A DNA stretch of 34,819 bases from Octopus bimaculoides (GCF_001194135.2 NC_068981.1:91301033-91335851), one strand, 5' to 3'. Shown: positions 12,821-24,890, numbered from the stretch's first letter. The notes: a model not told the origin generated them from the sequence alone. Numbers and translations are program-made.

Positions 12821-12930
12821 GGAGATGCAGCAGATGCAAAAGCCAAAAGCTTCCGCACCACCAACGGCAACACCACCTCCAACCATCATCAGACCAACAC
12901 CAACACCAAGAACAATGAATCAAAGAAGAC
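11900..12930 (+). pseudogene. Degenerate LINE ORF1 (gag-like, L1/Tx1-type by inference)
   Basis: Frameshifted reading: low-complexity N-terminal part, FLLVPTYLGRRVTKIKIEQVPPE...HVAVERQRP, then HFKVDCP (12720-12740; the H-x4-C half of a CCHC knuckle) and a Gln/Pro/Thr-rich tail. Confidence 0.6.
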
Positions 12931-12979
12931 AATTAGACGATCACCACCACCACCACCACCAACAACAACAACACCAGAA

Positions 12980-13016
<37 letters not shown>
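12783..13016. repeat. (CAG/CAA)n, (CAC/CAA)n and (TTA)n tracts
   Basis: Directly visible. Confidence 0.93.
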
Positions 13017-13017
<1 letters not shown>

Positions 13018-13028
13018 AAGCCTCTATG

Positions 13029-13152
13029 TCTGAGTTCAAATTCCGCCGAGATCGACTTTGCCTTTCATCCTTTAAGGGTAGATAAATGAAATACCAGTGA
13101 AACACTGGGGTCGATGTAATCAACAAGTACCTTAGAACAAAAATTCAGGCCC
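13029..13152 (+). mobile_element. SINE family B, 5'-truncated
   Basis: tctgagttcaaattccgccgagatcgactttgcctttcatcc...cactggggtcgatgtaatc matches 22494-22710. Confidence 0.88.
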
Positions 13153-13650
13153 CGTGGTGCAGTACCAGGCAGTGGCTCTCATGGATTCTGTTCTTAACTC
13201 ACTGGAAGTGTTATGATGCCCATTGTTTTGCGTTGGTATAGATGATGGGCTACAGCGACCTTAACCAATTGAGCATATCCCTTAGTGGCTGACGATATGT
13301 GCATCTATAATCACGAGCAAAGGAAGTGTGGGAGCATCATAGCCATGTGTTGAGAGGAATTCTTAGGGGTTTGAATAATTCACCCCTGGAAACAGGTGTT
13401 TTGTTCAACATCCTTCAACAACCCTTATTCAGGCACCTTTTGTGCAGAATGGGTCACTCGACTTGAAGAAAATTCTAACTGGGCCCCAGCTGTAAAGTTA
13501 TGGGCTGTGTATCTTGATATGAGATTACATATGGTTGTGATGCATGTGCCTGGTGTACCCTTATCAGACGAGTAGTCATGATGGGTGTACTGGCCTTCGT
13601 ATATTTTACCCTACCGCCAGTTTGAGGACATGCACTGCATATAATAACTA
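13153..13650. mobile_element. Probable unclassified interspersed repeat
   Basis: GC-richer block wedged between a SINE and a Penelope-like fragment. It resembles an octopus repeat from memory only and has no second copy in the window. Confidence 0.3.
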
Positions 13651-13990
13651 TTAATGCCATATTGGATAAAAGAATAATTACTTATATTAAAAATAGATTT
13701 AAACCAATGAATTACCTCATCTGTATCAATCTATAATTTTAGAGTTAGATTGATAAGTGGTAGAATATTGTCAAGAATAGACTTACTAAGCCGACTAATG
13801 TCAGACTTAATCGGGCAAATTAGTCTTACAGTAGGATTATCGTGGAAATTTTTCTTGTGGTCTTTCAGATTAATCCTAGATTCACTTGGTGTTACTGGTT
13901 CTGTTGAGTCTGTCATGTCGCAATCCATCATAACTTCCCTGATTTTCAAATTTATATCTAATAGATTCTTTTTGATGTTATTTCATATTT
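13651..13990 (-). mobile_element. Penelope-like element reverse transcriptase fragment
   Basis: RINLKDHKKNFHDNPTVRLICPIKSDISRLSKSILDNI, then after a stop/frameshift TDEVIHWFKSI...SFIQYGINSYY. Matches the PLE RT pattern TLKDHK..F..NP..RLI.P.KS / VI.WF / FDI..FY. Confidence 0.75.
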
Positions 13991-14000
13991 AGCGTTATAT

Positions 14001-14228
14001 ATTCTTTTATTCTAAAACTTGTTTCAGTCATTTTGACTGCGGCCATGCTTCAGCACCGCCTTTAGTCGCGCTAATCGACCCCAGGACTTATTCTTCGCAA
14101 GCCTAGTACTTATTCTATCGGTCTCTTTTTGCCGAATCACTAGGTTACGGGGACGTAAACACACCAGCATTGGTTGTCAAGCGATATTGGGGGGACAAGC
14201 ACAGACACAAACACACACACACATACAC

Positions 14229-14295
<67 letters not shown>

Positions 14296-14296
14296 N
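14001..14296 (-). mobile_element. SINE family A, 3' part; internal microsatellite runs into gap (N ~14297-14891)
   Basis: cttgtttcagtcattttgactgcggccatgc...atcgaccccaggacttattc...gcctagtacttattctatc matches 1250-1400. Confidence 0.9.
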
Positions 14297-15670
14297 NNNN
14301 NNNNNNNNNNNNNNNNNNNNNNNNNNNNNNNNNNNNNNNNNNNNNNNNNNNNNNNNNNNNNNNNNNNNNNNNNNNNNNNNNNNNNNNNNNNNNNNNNNNN
14401 NNNNNNNNNNNNNNNNNNNNNNNNNNNNNNNNNNNNNNNNNNNNNNNNNNNNNNNNNNNNNNNNNNNNNNNNNNNNNNNNNNNNNNNNNNNNNNNNNNNN
14501 NNNNNNNNNNNNNNNNNNNNNNNNNNNNNNNNNNNNNNNNNNNNNNNNNNNNNNNNNNNNNNNNNNNNNNNNNNNNNNNNNNNNNNNNNNNNNNNNNNNN
14601 NNNNNNNNNNNNNNNNNNNNNNNNNNNNNNNNNNNNNNNNNNNNNNNNNNNNNNNNNNNNNNNNNNNNNNNNNNNNNNNNNNNNNNNNNNNNNNNNNNNN
14701 NNNNNNNNNNNNNNNNNNNNNNNNNNNNNNNNNNNNNNNNNNNNNNNNNNNNNNNNNNNNNNNNNNNNNNNNNNNNNNNNNNNNNNNNNNNNNNNNNNNN
14801 NNNNNNNNNNNNNNNNNNNNNNNNNNNNNNNNNNNNNNNNNNNNNNNNNNNNNNNNNNNNNNNNNNNNNNNNNNNNNNNNNNNNNNNNNNNTATATTCAT
14901 TGCAGTAATTGTCTCTGCAAAGAAAGCGTAACAAAAGAATATAAATAAAATGTTTGTGAAATCATTTCCAAATTCCTGGAGATTTTCTCCAATTTTTTAC
15001 TCGTTAATAAAAGTAGCCGTTAGGTTTTACTTTCCTGTGTCCTCTTATACTGAAATCATCATTTTCTTGAGAGGTTTATCCGTATGCTATTCAGTACATC
15101 TTGATGGATTGCATATGTGTGTATATGTGTGCTTGTGCGTTTGTTGTGTTTGTTCACGTGTGTATGTTTGTGTGTGTATGTTTGTGAGTATATTATTTTA
15201 CTGCTTTCAGTCAGGCAGCATATTTAAAGGATTAACCGATTATATTGTCCTTTCCAGTGTTTCTCTGATATTTATTATTATCAAATATTAAATGTAGTGC
15301 AATCATACATGACGTGATCAAGATTTTTAATCTTTTTAACTTAACCGGACGTAAACAAATATACATTCCGTTAAATTATCCTTATGTTGCACCCGAATTC
15401 CTCCTATATTTGCCCATACTAGAGAGAATTATAACTACATCTACATAATAATATACTGTACACATATATAAACCCCATTTACACATTATTATATAAATAT
15501 ATAACGAACAAAAACATCATGTTAATTGCAAAATGATAAGGACTCTGACTTCATTATATATATAAACGCATACATCCCACGGGCAAGAAAAATTAACTAA
15601 AAGAATTCGAAGAACAGAAATAAACTTACACAGAAATGATGTCTGATGAATTGTATGAAAATACAAAAAT

Positions 15671-15886
15671 ATTCTTTTCTACTCTAGGTACCAAGCTCGA
15701 AAATTTGGGGGATAGGCCCAGTCAATTAGATGACCTCAGCAGGCAACTGGTATTTAATTTATCGACCTCGAAAGGATGAAAGGCAAAGTCGATCTCGGCG
15801 GAATTTGAATTTAGAAAGTAAAAACAGACGAAATACCACGAAACATTTCGCCCGGCGTGCTAACGTTTCTGTCAGCTCACCACCTT
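15671..15886 (-). mobile_element. SINE family B, full length
   Basis: Reverse complement begins aaggtggtgagctgacagaaacgttagcacgccgggcg and contains the B-box-like element, the cctttcatcctttcgaggtcgataaa module and a cccccaaatt tail. Confidence 0.92.
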
Positions 15887-16774
15887 AAAAAAACAAAAAA
15901 AAAAAAACTTTTGAAACAGAAATTGGATTGAAATCATGAAAAAGTTATCAGATATACAAAGTCTACACAGAGTGCAACAACGAAGCTAAGTATGAATACA
16001 AACAAAAATAGATTTATGCATGTACATATGTCCATACATAGCGGAGAATTAATCGATTCTGCAAAACATTGATATCTTTCAAAAATCCGGTATTTTTCTG
16101 TGTTCAATCTCGCCTATGAAATTATTTCACGTCACGTGTGCCGTAAATGCCTTCGAAAAATGTATGTAGATCACAAAATTCTATTTCTTTTCCAAACAGA
16201 AGAAATCAATATTATATAATAAATTAAGGATGCGTATTAAAATGTGATCGATAAACTGACAGACACAGTACATTGCAGTATTTCCTTGAGTCCTTTAGCT
16301 TCAAAGCTGCAGAATCTTTATAGCGTTGGTCATACTGTCATAAAAGACTGAGACACAACCGTATATAACTAAGTCTGTTTCCGTATTTCTACCGCTGTAT
16401 CAAACCATCGATGTGTCAAGATGCAGAACTCGACAAATATAGATCAATAAATTAAATACCAGACTGAAATAAGCCATTCAATCAGTCTCACAAACATTGC
16501 CAACATTTTATGATTGAACCTGGCAAAACGTTAGAAGTATAAATGAAATCAATTGCATAGGAATTGCAACAAATATGATTCTAAAGAGTAAGCTTGGTTT
16601 TATTAGGACGAAACATAGAAACATACAAAGTGCATACCCATAGGTGACCACGCATACACGTAGAAATATACACACAAATACAGACTAAGTAATGTATATT
16701 TAACAGAATTGCTCAAATATATATCCTGACGCATTCAAATTCACCCCCATACACATACACAGAATCTCTCACAC

Positions 16775-16780
16775 TCTGCC

Positions 16781-16839
<59 letters not shown>

Positions 16840-16858
16840 GTCTCTCTCCCTCTCTCTC
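16775..16858. repeat. (CTGT)n plus (CT)n
   Basis: Directly visible. Confidence 0.97.
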
Positions 16859-17431
16859 TGTTACACACATACACAAAAGCATAGATGTCGGTCGACCTCT
16901 CATAAATACCAACAAACATTTCCTCAGTCATACTATTAAATTTAGAAAAGACACATTACCTAATACAATCCTGATTACGTAGTCTGAAAATTATTTTGGG
17001 ATCATAACTAGAATACTTTGATCATAGTTTTGCCTGATCAGATTTGACACCGAACTGAAAAAAATAAAAACCAACGTAAAGAGCAAAAATAAAACATATC
17101 CACTGCTGGAAACATTATTAATGTACGTCAAGATAAGTGTTTTAAACAAAGACAGATACAAATGATATAAGAGAAATAATCTAAGCACCTATAAAATGAC
17201 AAGCTGAAAAAGAACACGAAGCAATAAATAATCGTGAAAGATATATCACAATTATATAATAGAGTATTACTTCGTTTCATCTGTACATCATTTGCATTCG
17301 AGCAGTCATAAAAAAAAATATGTGCTAAAGTTAACAGAAATTGAAGCTGTAATTCTTCGATAGTATTAAAAGCTGTTTATAGAAGTGTCCGTAACAATGA
17401 AGGAACGACAAATGCTGCACTACTAATGTCT

Positions 17432-17434
17432 ATG

Positions 17435-17481
<47 letters not shown>
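17432..17481. repeat. (TATC)n
   Basis: Directly visible. Confidence 0.97.
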
Positions 17482-18287
17482 ACACATGCATACATATACT
17501 CATATCATACCTATACATGTATATACACATACATTTAAAGCACAAATACACATTTATTTGTGTGCGTGCGTGTGTGTGTGTGTTTGCGCGTGTGTATGCT
17601 TTGGTGTATGAGTCACTTTTTCTCTGATTCCTAACTCTCTCTTTATATATATACATGTGTGCAAGTCTATGTGTTAGTTCGTTTGTTTGTCTTTTTCGCT
17701 TGTGCCTCTGTGTGTGCGTGTGTGCGCTGTGTATTTGTGATTGTGTGTGTATAATCATTGATGTAAAATAAGCACGTAAAGACTGGTAGCCAAATGTGAA
17801 ATGTGTCAAAGACATTTTGATCGGCGCTGTAACGATTTTATTAAACTAAAAAATAACAAAAATAATATTTGGAATATTATTATTAGCAACAACACTGTAA
17901 TTGTGGTAATGACATTGATATCTTAAATTAATAAACAATATGATAGCTGTATAATATAATTCTGATTCTGTCTGGTTTATGCGTCAATATATAAAAAATA
18001 GCATGTAATTCAAAGCATAAGATACAATTAAGGTATTTATATATTACCTGCATTCTCAAAAATATTACAATAAGTAAGAATAAAGAATGCCATCAAAGAA
18101 TGCGATACACGTCTTGATTGAATGAACTCTTAATATTAAAAGTAATAAAAGAAAGAGAATATATCGATATTCTATACATTATTATATATAGAATAACAAA
18201 ATTATTCCGTTATGAACGGAATGGAAATGTATTTCGATACGGTTTACACACATGTAAACTTCCAACAGAAAGCGCAACCTCAAATAA

Positions 18288-18451
18288 GTATGCATATATA
18301 TATACATACATATATATATATATAATATATATAGATATATATATGTGTATATATTTATATATATATATGTATACATATGTATATATATATATATATATAT
18401 ATNNNNNNNNNNNNNNNNNNNNNNNNNNNNNNNNNNNNNNNNNNNNNNNNN
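18288..18451. repeat. TA-rich microsatellite plus gap (N 18403-18451)
   Basis: Directly visible. Confidence 0.95.
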
Positions 18452-18459
18452 AAAGCAAA

Positions 18460-19071
18460 GAATGTTCTCCAGGGAAATTCAGCGCACACCAGAACATGAA
18501 CGGGTAAGACGATTGAAAATATCCAAAAACAAAGAATTTGTCGTAGACCAAGTTTCGCACATTAATGAATTAATGTAATTTTTAATTACATAACCCACCC
18601 GAGGCCCATCAGTACGACCATTCGATACAATATAATTTGCAGAACAATACACGGATTTTCCACATAAAACTAAACATGTATAATTGTACCGATCACATTG
18701 GAGTTATATTCAAGTCTCAGCTCTGGCGCGTTAAATACCGGAAACAATTCCGCAGAAGATAATTCACTGCAGTAACCATTGCCGGCTAGAGAACATAATC
18801 ATTAAAATTTAAATAATAGCATAAAGAAAATTCTGAAAATTCAGAAAAATTATATTACATACATGTGAGAAGGGATGACAACAAAGTGGACATCCTTTAT
18901 GCTAGAAATCGATCATCAACTGTCAAACCACAAAAAAAAAAAAAAAAAGAATGTTCTCCAGGGAAATTCAGCGCACACAAGAACAAGAACGGGCAACACA
19001 ATTGAAAATATACAAAAACAAAGAATTAGTCGTAGACCAGGTTTCGTGCATTAATGGATTAATGTAATTTT
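18460..19071 (+). repeat. Diverged direct repeat of ~123 bp (18460-18582 and 18949-19071)
   Basis: gaatgttctccagggaaattcagcgcacac...gtcgtagacca...ttaatgtaatttt occurs twice with a period of 489 bp. Confidence 0.92.
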
Positions 19072-19403
19072 GTCTGATAATGTCGAAGAAAATAAAACGA
19101 AATTTATACTGAATAAAAAAAAATATTATACAAGCAAACATACAAATTTGGAACGCAAAACAATAAACATTTTCAAAGATATGAACCAAATATTAATTTT
19201 CAAACGTTACAAAATTATATACACCCTAAAGGAAATTTGCTATATTTAAAAGTTTATCCACTTTTTTTTACTAAATTCAGATATTGCTGATAATTTCAAT
19301 TCTAATAAATTATTTCTCCTGGCATTTTTGCAACGGTCATAGTTATTGCATCTGCAGGAATTTTGATTTGTATAACGTGGTGTAAATCTTCATTGTAATT
19401 AAA

Positions 19404-19870
19404 ATGGCACCAAAAGGAAAAGCTTTGTCTGAAAATTTAAGGAAAATTATTTTCTTAATTTGCACAAGAATGATTTAGGATACAAGTTAATTAGTAAACG
19501 AATACATATTAGCGTAAACATAACTGCCAAAGTAATTTAGAAGTACAAGGCGATTGGACGCTAAGTACAAGATATCGTCCAGGTCGTCCTTCTGTTTTAA
19601 CTGCGCGTGATATTCGCAACATCCAACGTTGCATGATGGACGACAGGCGCCGTATTGCTTCATTTTTAGACCAAGAAGTGTTTTCTGTTAGTGGGAATAG
19701 TGTATCCGCCCAAACATTTCGCCGAAATTTGAACCAGTGTGGTTTTCATGGATGCAGTCCTCGTAGAAAGCCTCTCCTCAATACCAGACATAAACCAAGT
19801 CGACTTTCTTTTGCCGAAACCTATGTGAATAAGGGGAAGGTGTTTGGGAATTAAATTCTTTTTTCCTGAT
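19404..19870 (+). mobile_element. Tc1-family transposase remnant, N-terminal half
   Basis: MAPKGKALSENLRK...GYKLISKR...GRPSVLT...SAQTFRRNL...PRRKPLLNTRHK.SRLSFA...ILFS; ends at the first catalytic Asp motif. Confidence 0.88.
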
Positions 19871-20575
19871 AGTTGTATGCCAGACTAGTTTGGAAACGTC
19901 TTGACAGCAGTGTACAGCAACTGGCAGTAAAACGGGAGCATCCCCGGTTTTGTGAGCCGAGGAGCCGTAACGCTGCTTAAGAAAGATCCAAATCAGAGGG
20001 ACGTAATAGATAGCTTTAGGCCCATCAGTCTGCTCAATGCAGACTTGAAAATTTTGGCCAATATGTTAGCCAAGAGGCTGGTTTGTCATCGAGAAACTGG
20101 TCGACAAGGCGCAAACGTGCACCGTTCCACCTGATGTGCTACATCATAGACAGGGTAGTTAAGGAACCTGGCATGGGTGGGGTCCTGATAAATTTAGATC
20201 CATCGAAAGCTTTCGATAGAGTAGACCATCAATACTTGGAGGCTGTCCTCATAACGGCTGGTTTCGGCCCCGTCTTATACAGAGGCATCCGTTCGGTATT
20301 TCGCATGAATGGGCATATATCGAGACCTTTCGACATTGCACGTTCGGCCCGTCAGGGATGCCCCCTCTCGTCGCTTCTGTACGTATTGACTCTCGAGCCA
20401 CTACTGCGGAAGCTGGCATCGCTGAGGGGTATCCCACGAGAATTAGGATGCGGGACGAGCTTGTTCACATACGCGGACGACGTCACCATCGTAGCAAAGA
20501 GCACATAAAGCTGGTCGGCGAGACACTGAAAGGCTACGAAGCGGTAACATGGATGTCTTGTCCAGAAAAGACAGT
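19871..20575 (+). mobile_element. L1/Tx1-clade LINE reverse transcriptase fragment
   Basis: GAVTLLKK...FRPISLLNADLKIL; LDPSKAFDRVDH; RQGCPLSSLLYVLTLEPLL; YADDVT. Frameshifted. Confidence 0.92.
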
Positions 20576-20770
20576 GGCGGGAGAAAAGACCTGTAGTCAT
20601 GTGTGAGCAACGGGTAGAGGAAAAGTGGGGAGACAAGAGAAAGGACGAGGAAAAAACAAAAGGAGTGAGGAGAAGGGAGAAGGAATAAAAGATAGTAGGG
20701 AGTGGGAGAACTAGTACAATCGTTAGCATGCGGGGCAAAATGTTTAGCGTGATTTCATCCATTATTACCT

Positions 20771-20890
20771 TTTGAGTCGAAATTCCGTCAGTATCGATAA
20801 AATAAGTACTAGTTGAACACTAGGATCAATCTAATAGATATACATACCTCCCCCGAAATTGCTGGCCTTGTACCAAAATTTGAAATCAAT
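20771..20890 (+). mobile_element. SINE family B, internally deleted remnant
   Basis: gagtcgaaattcc joined to tcgataaaataagtactagttgaacact and tail ccccgaaattgctggccttgtaccaaaatttgaaa, which matches 28900-29023. Confidence 0.75.
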
Positions 20891-21192
20891 ATTTATGAAT
20901 ATAAGTTTAACAAATATTTTTGTATTTCGTTTTTAGATTTGGTGTGCAAGATTCTTTATGTGAGTTCGTGTGTTGAAGCATATTCTGTTGTGTCTGAGGA
21001 AAGTAAAATTTCCGCTGAGTGTGTTAAATTATAAGGCACAAAAAGAAAATGACTCTCCCCAGACACAACAAAATATTTTTGTCTTTTGAATTATTAAGTA
21101 ATAAATTAACTCTCTTCAAATCCATCGCTTGTCGGTAGTCTGAACACAAGATTTTGCTATGACGTGCATCATATTTCTTTCTGCAAAATGTC

Positions 21193-21193
<1 letters not shown>

Positions 21194-21263
<70 letters not shown>
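21194..21263. repeat. (CA)n
   Basis: Directly visible. Confidence 0.98.
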
Positions 21264-21597
21264 TACAATGTAAATTATCTGTTTTCATTGGTAATTTAGA
21301 TTGTACTCGAAAAGAAGCAATAAATACTTTGGTCTATTTCTTTGGGATTTTTAACTTTTGAGTTCATATACCAGCGAGGTCAACTTTACTTTCCATCTTT
21401 TAGAAGGAGATAGAATTAGGAATCAGACAAGTACTGGAGACAATGATACCAATTAACTCACTCCTCCGACAATTGTTAGTCTTGTAATAAAATTAGAAGA
21501 AATCACTGATTTCTAACTGTATTACAATCTTCTTGTTGTTGTTGGTCTTCTATTGTTCTTGTTCTTGTTGTTTTTGTTGTTGTTACTTTTGCTGAAT

Positions 21598-21698
21598 TTC
21601 TTCTTCTTCTTCTTCTTCTTCTTCTTCTTCTTCTTCTTCTTCTTCTTCTTCTTCTTCTTCTTCTTCTTCTTCTTCTTCTTCTTCTTCTTCTTCTTCTT

Positions 21699-21779
<81 letters not shown>

Positions 21780-22442
21780 NNNNNNNNNNNNNNNNNNNNN
21801 NNNNNNNNNNNNNNNNNNNNNNNNNNNNNNNNNNNNNNNNNNNNNNNNNNNNNNNNNNNNNNNNNNNNNNNNNNNNNNNNNNNNNNNNNNNNNNNNNNNN
21901 NNNNNNNNNNNNNNNNNNNNNNNNNNNNNNNNNNNNNNNNNNNNNNNNNNNNNNNNNNNNNNNNNNNNNNNNNNNNNNNNNNNNNNNNNNNNNNNNNNNN
22001 NNNNNNNNNNNNNNNNNNNNNNNNNNNNNNNNNNNNNNNNNNNNNNNNNNNNNNNNNNNNNNNNNNNNNNNNNNNNNNNNNNNNNNNNNNNNNNNNNNNN
22101 NNNNNNNNNNNNNNNNNNNNNNNNNNNNNNNNNNNNNNNNNNNNNNNNNNNNNNNNNNNNNNNNNNNNNNNNNNNNNNNNNNNNNNNNNNNNNNNNNNNN
22201 NNNNNNNNNNNNNNNNNNNNNNNNNNNNNNNNNNNNNNNNNNNNNNNNNNNNNNNNNNNNNNNNNNNNNNNNNNNNNNNNNNNNNNNNNNNNNNNNNNNN
22301 NNNNNNNNNNNNNNNNNNNNNNNNNNNNNNNNNNNNNNNNNNNNNNNNNNNNNNNNNNNNNNNNNNNNNNNNNNNNNNNNNNNNNNNNNNNNNNNNNNNN
22401 NNNNNNNNNNNNNNNNNNNNNNNNNNNNNNNNNNNNNNNNNN

Positions 22443-22493
<51 letters not shown>
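21598..22493. repeat. (CTT)n then (TTA)n spanning gap (N 21780-22442)
   Basis: Directly visible. Confidence 0.97.
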
Positions 22494-22495
<2 letters not shown>

Positions 22496-22710
22496 GGCGG
22501 CGATCTGGCAGAAACGTTAGTACGCCGGGCGAAATACTTAACAGTATTTCGTCTGTCTTTACGTTCTGAGTTCAAATTCCACCGAGGTCGACTTTACCCC
22601 TCATCCTTTTGGGGTCGATAAACCACGTACCAGTTGCATACTGGAGGTCGATCTAATCGACTGAATCCCTCCTCCAAAATTTGGGGCCTTGTGCCTAGAT
22701 TTGAAAAAAT
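22494..22710 (+). mobile_element. SINE family B, full length, flanked by (TTA)n on both sides
   Basis: aaggcggcgatctggcagaaacgttag...gagttcaaattcc (B-box-like)...ggggtcgataaa...ggtcgatctaatcgact...ggccttgtgcctag, then (ATT)n 22710-22766. Confidence 0.93.
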
Positions 22711-23099
22711 TATTATTATTATTATTATTATTATTAGTAGTAGTATTAGTATTAGTATTATTATTAAACTGGTACCAAAAACACAACGCTTCAAGTCACT
22801 CATAAGATTTTTCGTCTTTCATTACGTTGAGAAATTCCTAAGATTTGAAGTTTTGTAATAAAATGTTTGTTTAAGCTTATCAGGACACGTAGAAGAATCC
22901 TGGTGTTTCATTTTTCGTTTCTTTGTGTCTCAAATTTCTTAGAATGTTTTCAACGTTTGTTTGGGAAACACATTTTGTTTTTTACAAACGTAGCGTTCGG
23001 CTTTTTCAGTCATCTAACTGGGGAGAGAGTTAAGAAGTAGCAGACAGAGACAGGTGCAGCGCATATCAAAGTTCTTCTCCTAATTCCTAATGGGAGGGA

Positions 23100-24890
23100 G
23101 AAGAATATTTTTCAAGCTTTGAAACATGAAATTCCGAACAATACCACAAATGATGTAACAAACAATAGTAACAAGGAGAATAACACGAACAGCACCAACT
23201 ACAAGCAAGAGCATTGCCAAAAAAAAAAACAATAGCAGCAGCAGAAGCAGCTGCAATAGTAGCGAGTTCAGTAGAAGCGAAGGAGGATGTTTCATTGATG
23301 AGAGTGCAAAGATCCAAAAGAAACAAGTGTTATACTAATAGCAGCAAACAGCAAACGAGACTACCAGTAAAACTACAAAAACACATAAAACTACAGCAAC
23401 AATAACAACAACAACAACAAATAACAATAACAAAAGCAGCAGTAGCAACGAGTGCAAAGGCACCAAGGGCGGCCGACTCCACTGTAAAACATTAAGTGTA
23501 ACAACGTCAGCAGCAGCAACTGCAGCGATAACAGCAGAGACAAAAGGCAGAGTGACGGTAGCAGCAGAAGCAGCAGCAGCAGGGTCGGGGGAACAGTATT
23601 AGCATTACAACGCTCAAGTAGAAAAGACCGTTTGAATGACAGTTTGGCGGCCATTGTAGAAAAAAAATACACTCACTGCAACCCACCTCTTTCGTCTTCA
23701 TTTATTTGACGAGAATGGCGTTAAGGGTTATAATGTGGAGTCCCACTCGAGCTGCATCTCTGAAAGATATGGGCATGTATAATGTTGGAGGGGAACGAAG
23801 CTTTAATGTTGGTAAAGAGAATGAGGAAGGAGAAATGGTTTCAGTAAACATTGCTGGTCCTTTTCCACGTAAAGCCTGAACGCCAAGTGAAGTAGAGCTT
23901 CAAGTAATTTTGGATGGCAGACAAACGAAATGACACGCCTGTTTAACTCTCAACTATTTTAGAGCGTTCTATGAAAGGTTGTTGTTGGCACTCCGTCGCT
24001 TACGACGTCGAGGGTTCCAGATGATCCGATCAACGGAACAGCCTGCTCGTGAAATTAACGTGCAAGTGGTTGAGCACTCCACAGACACGTGTACCCTTAA
24101 CGTAGTTCTCGGGGATATACAGGCACAAGAGAAACAGGCAGTAAGATAGAAAGTTGTGGTGAAAGAGTACAGCAGGTTTCACCACCATCCCCTGCCGGAG
24201 CCTCCTGGAGCTTTAGGTGTTTTCTCTCAATAAACACTCACAACGCCCGGTCTAGGAATCGAAACCGCGATCCTATGACCGCGAGTCCGCTGCCCTAACC
24301 ACTGGGCCATTGCGCCTCCACTTTCTATCTATACAACTAATAAAAAGAGGCTCCGTTGTTGTCGATACTATCACGGTAACGCCAGAAACCACTGCAGCAG
24401 TAGCAGTAACGAACAGAAAAGAGCTACAAGAACAATATGTGGACAATTATCAACAATAACAACAAAAGCAGCAGAAACTATGGAAACTGCAAAAACAGGA
24501 GCAGTAAATATATCAACATCACTTTTGTCAACGGTGGCAAGTGAGGTTATAAATCAAAATGACTATAAAAAGATAATCGCCACTCATGATATTTTCCAAA
24601 CCAGCACTATCCACTCCACTGACTCGACTTTTCTACTTAAATGCATAGAAGCAGACGTGTACACACGAGAAAACATTTTCTTGCCCTCTCCCAGTCGGGG
24701 CGTTCTTCAATAAACATCCAATGAAGATGATTGGGACAAGAAAAGGTGAAAAAAGAAAAAAGAAAAAAGAACAAACATAAAAGAACACCATTTGACCTCA
24801 AACAACACTAAATCTACAATAAATGCATCATTATCACTTCGTCTACGAACAACACCAGAAAAAAACACACACAAGAGGAACAATAACAAA
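23100..24890 (+). pseudogene. Second degenerate LINE ORF1-like region, interrupted by SINE C
   Basis: 23691-23972 reads FVFIYLTRMALRVIMWSP...LQVILDGRQTK*HACLTLNYFRAFY, i.e. exact C-x2-C-x4-H-x4-C spacing with three ligands one substitution away. Ala/Thr/Gln-rich flanks resemble those at 11900-12930. Outer boundaries uncertain. Confidence 0.5.
23979..24320 (-). mobile_element. SINE family C, tRNA(Arg)-like head, full length
   Basis: Minus strand ggaggcgcaaTGGCCCAGTGGttagggcagcgGAC-TCG-cgGTC...GTTTCGATTCC shows an A box, a TCG anticodon-like triplet and a B box; the 3' end is (AAC)n. Octopus tRNA-Arg-derived SINEs (OR1/OR2) are published, but the assignment is unverified. Confidence 0.88.

Noticed and set aside
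12756-13085. Poly-Q/poly-H ORF resembling a transcription factor
   Set aside because: It is built from triplet repeats and runs into a (TTA)n tract and SINE B; it is the low-complexity tail of the ORF1 relic.
23877-23879. In-frame TGA as selenocysteine readthrough
   Set aside because: The region has further stops and lost zinc ligands, consistent with ordinary decay; I identified no SECIS.
24245-24320. True tRNA-Arg gene
   Set aside because: No complete acceptor stem or T-tract terminator; it continues into a SINE body and (AAC)n tail.
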